A stretch of 14,025 nucleotides of DNA. Source: an uncultured archaeon. GTDB taxonomy: Archaea > Altiarchaeota > Altiarchaeia > IMC4 > SCGC-AAA252-I15. Below, in pieces: positions 13,976 to 14,025 of the stretch. Under the pieces are notes generated by a model. It saw only the letters and a program-made list of their open reading frames with translations, did no database searches and was not told the DNA's origin. Position numbers and translations under genes: made by a program. How positions within the stretch are numbered: the stretch's first letter is position 1; each line of letters opens with the position of its first letter. The stretch spans positions 1-14,025 of the forward strand of contig CAZPLO010000030.1 in the NCBI GenBank assembly GCA_964587725.1, in the 5' to 3' direction.

Positions 13976-14025
13976 TTATGGCCAGAGCGTTATACGCTTG
14001 TCGGTGACTACGTCCGGTGTGGTGA
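13976..14025 (-). CDS. arlB: C-terminal end of a fourth archaellin (truncated by the window edge; absent from the ORF track)
   Basis: Minus strand translates TTPDVVTDKRITLWP*, matching the ends of the other archaellins (TTPNALIDQRVFLFP, YTPDSMTQESVSLWPT, MTPDSMVEQRVLLWPTT). Confidence 0.85.
   Translation of the reverse strand, partial: TTPDVVTDKRITLWP

Overview
Archaeal genomic window (GC-rich coding regions, TATA-box promoters, GGAGGTG/GGGGGTGA Shine-Dalgarno motifs) devoted to cell-surface filaments. From right to left, mostly on the minus strand: the C-terminal tip of an archaellin cut by the window edge, a 356-aa hypothetical protein with a winged-HTH-like N-terminus, three complete archaellins, a 71-aa plus-strand orphan, a three-gene operon (KaiC/RAD55-like ATPase fused to a coiled coil, a 796-aa coiled-coil protein, a stand-alone KaiC-like ATPase), two class III signal peptide pilins sharing a 165-bp perfectly identical block, a plus-strand DPM1-like GT2 glycosyltransferase with a DUF2304-like partner, a 925-aa membrane-anchored beta-propeller/TPR-like surface protein, and tRNA-Gly(TCC) preceded by a partial copy of its own 5' end and promoter. 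No recognisable arlC/D/E/F/G/I/J archaellum machinery genes lie in the window. The KaiC/coiled-coil module sits where they usually follow the archaellins and is the best candidate for an undescribed system. Lineage cannot be fixed from this window.
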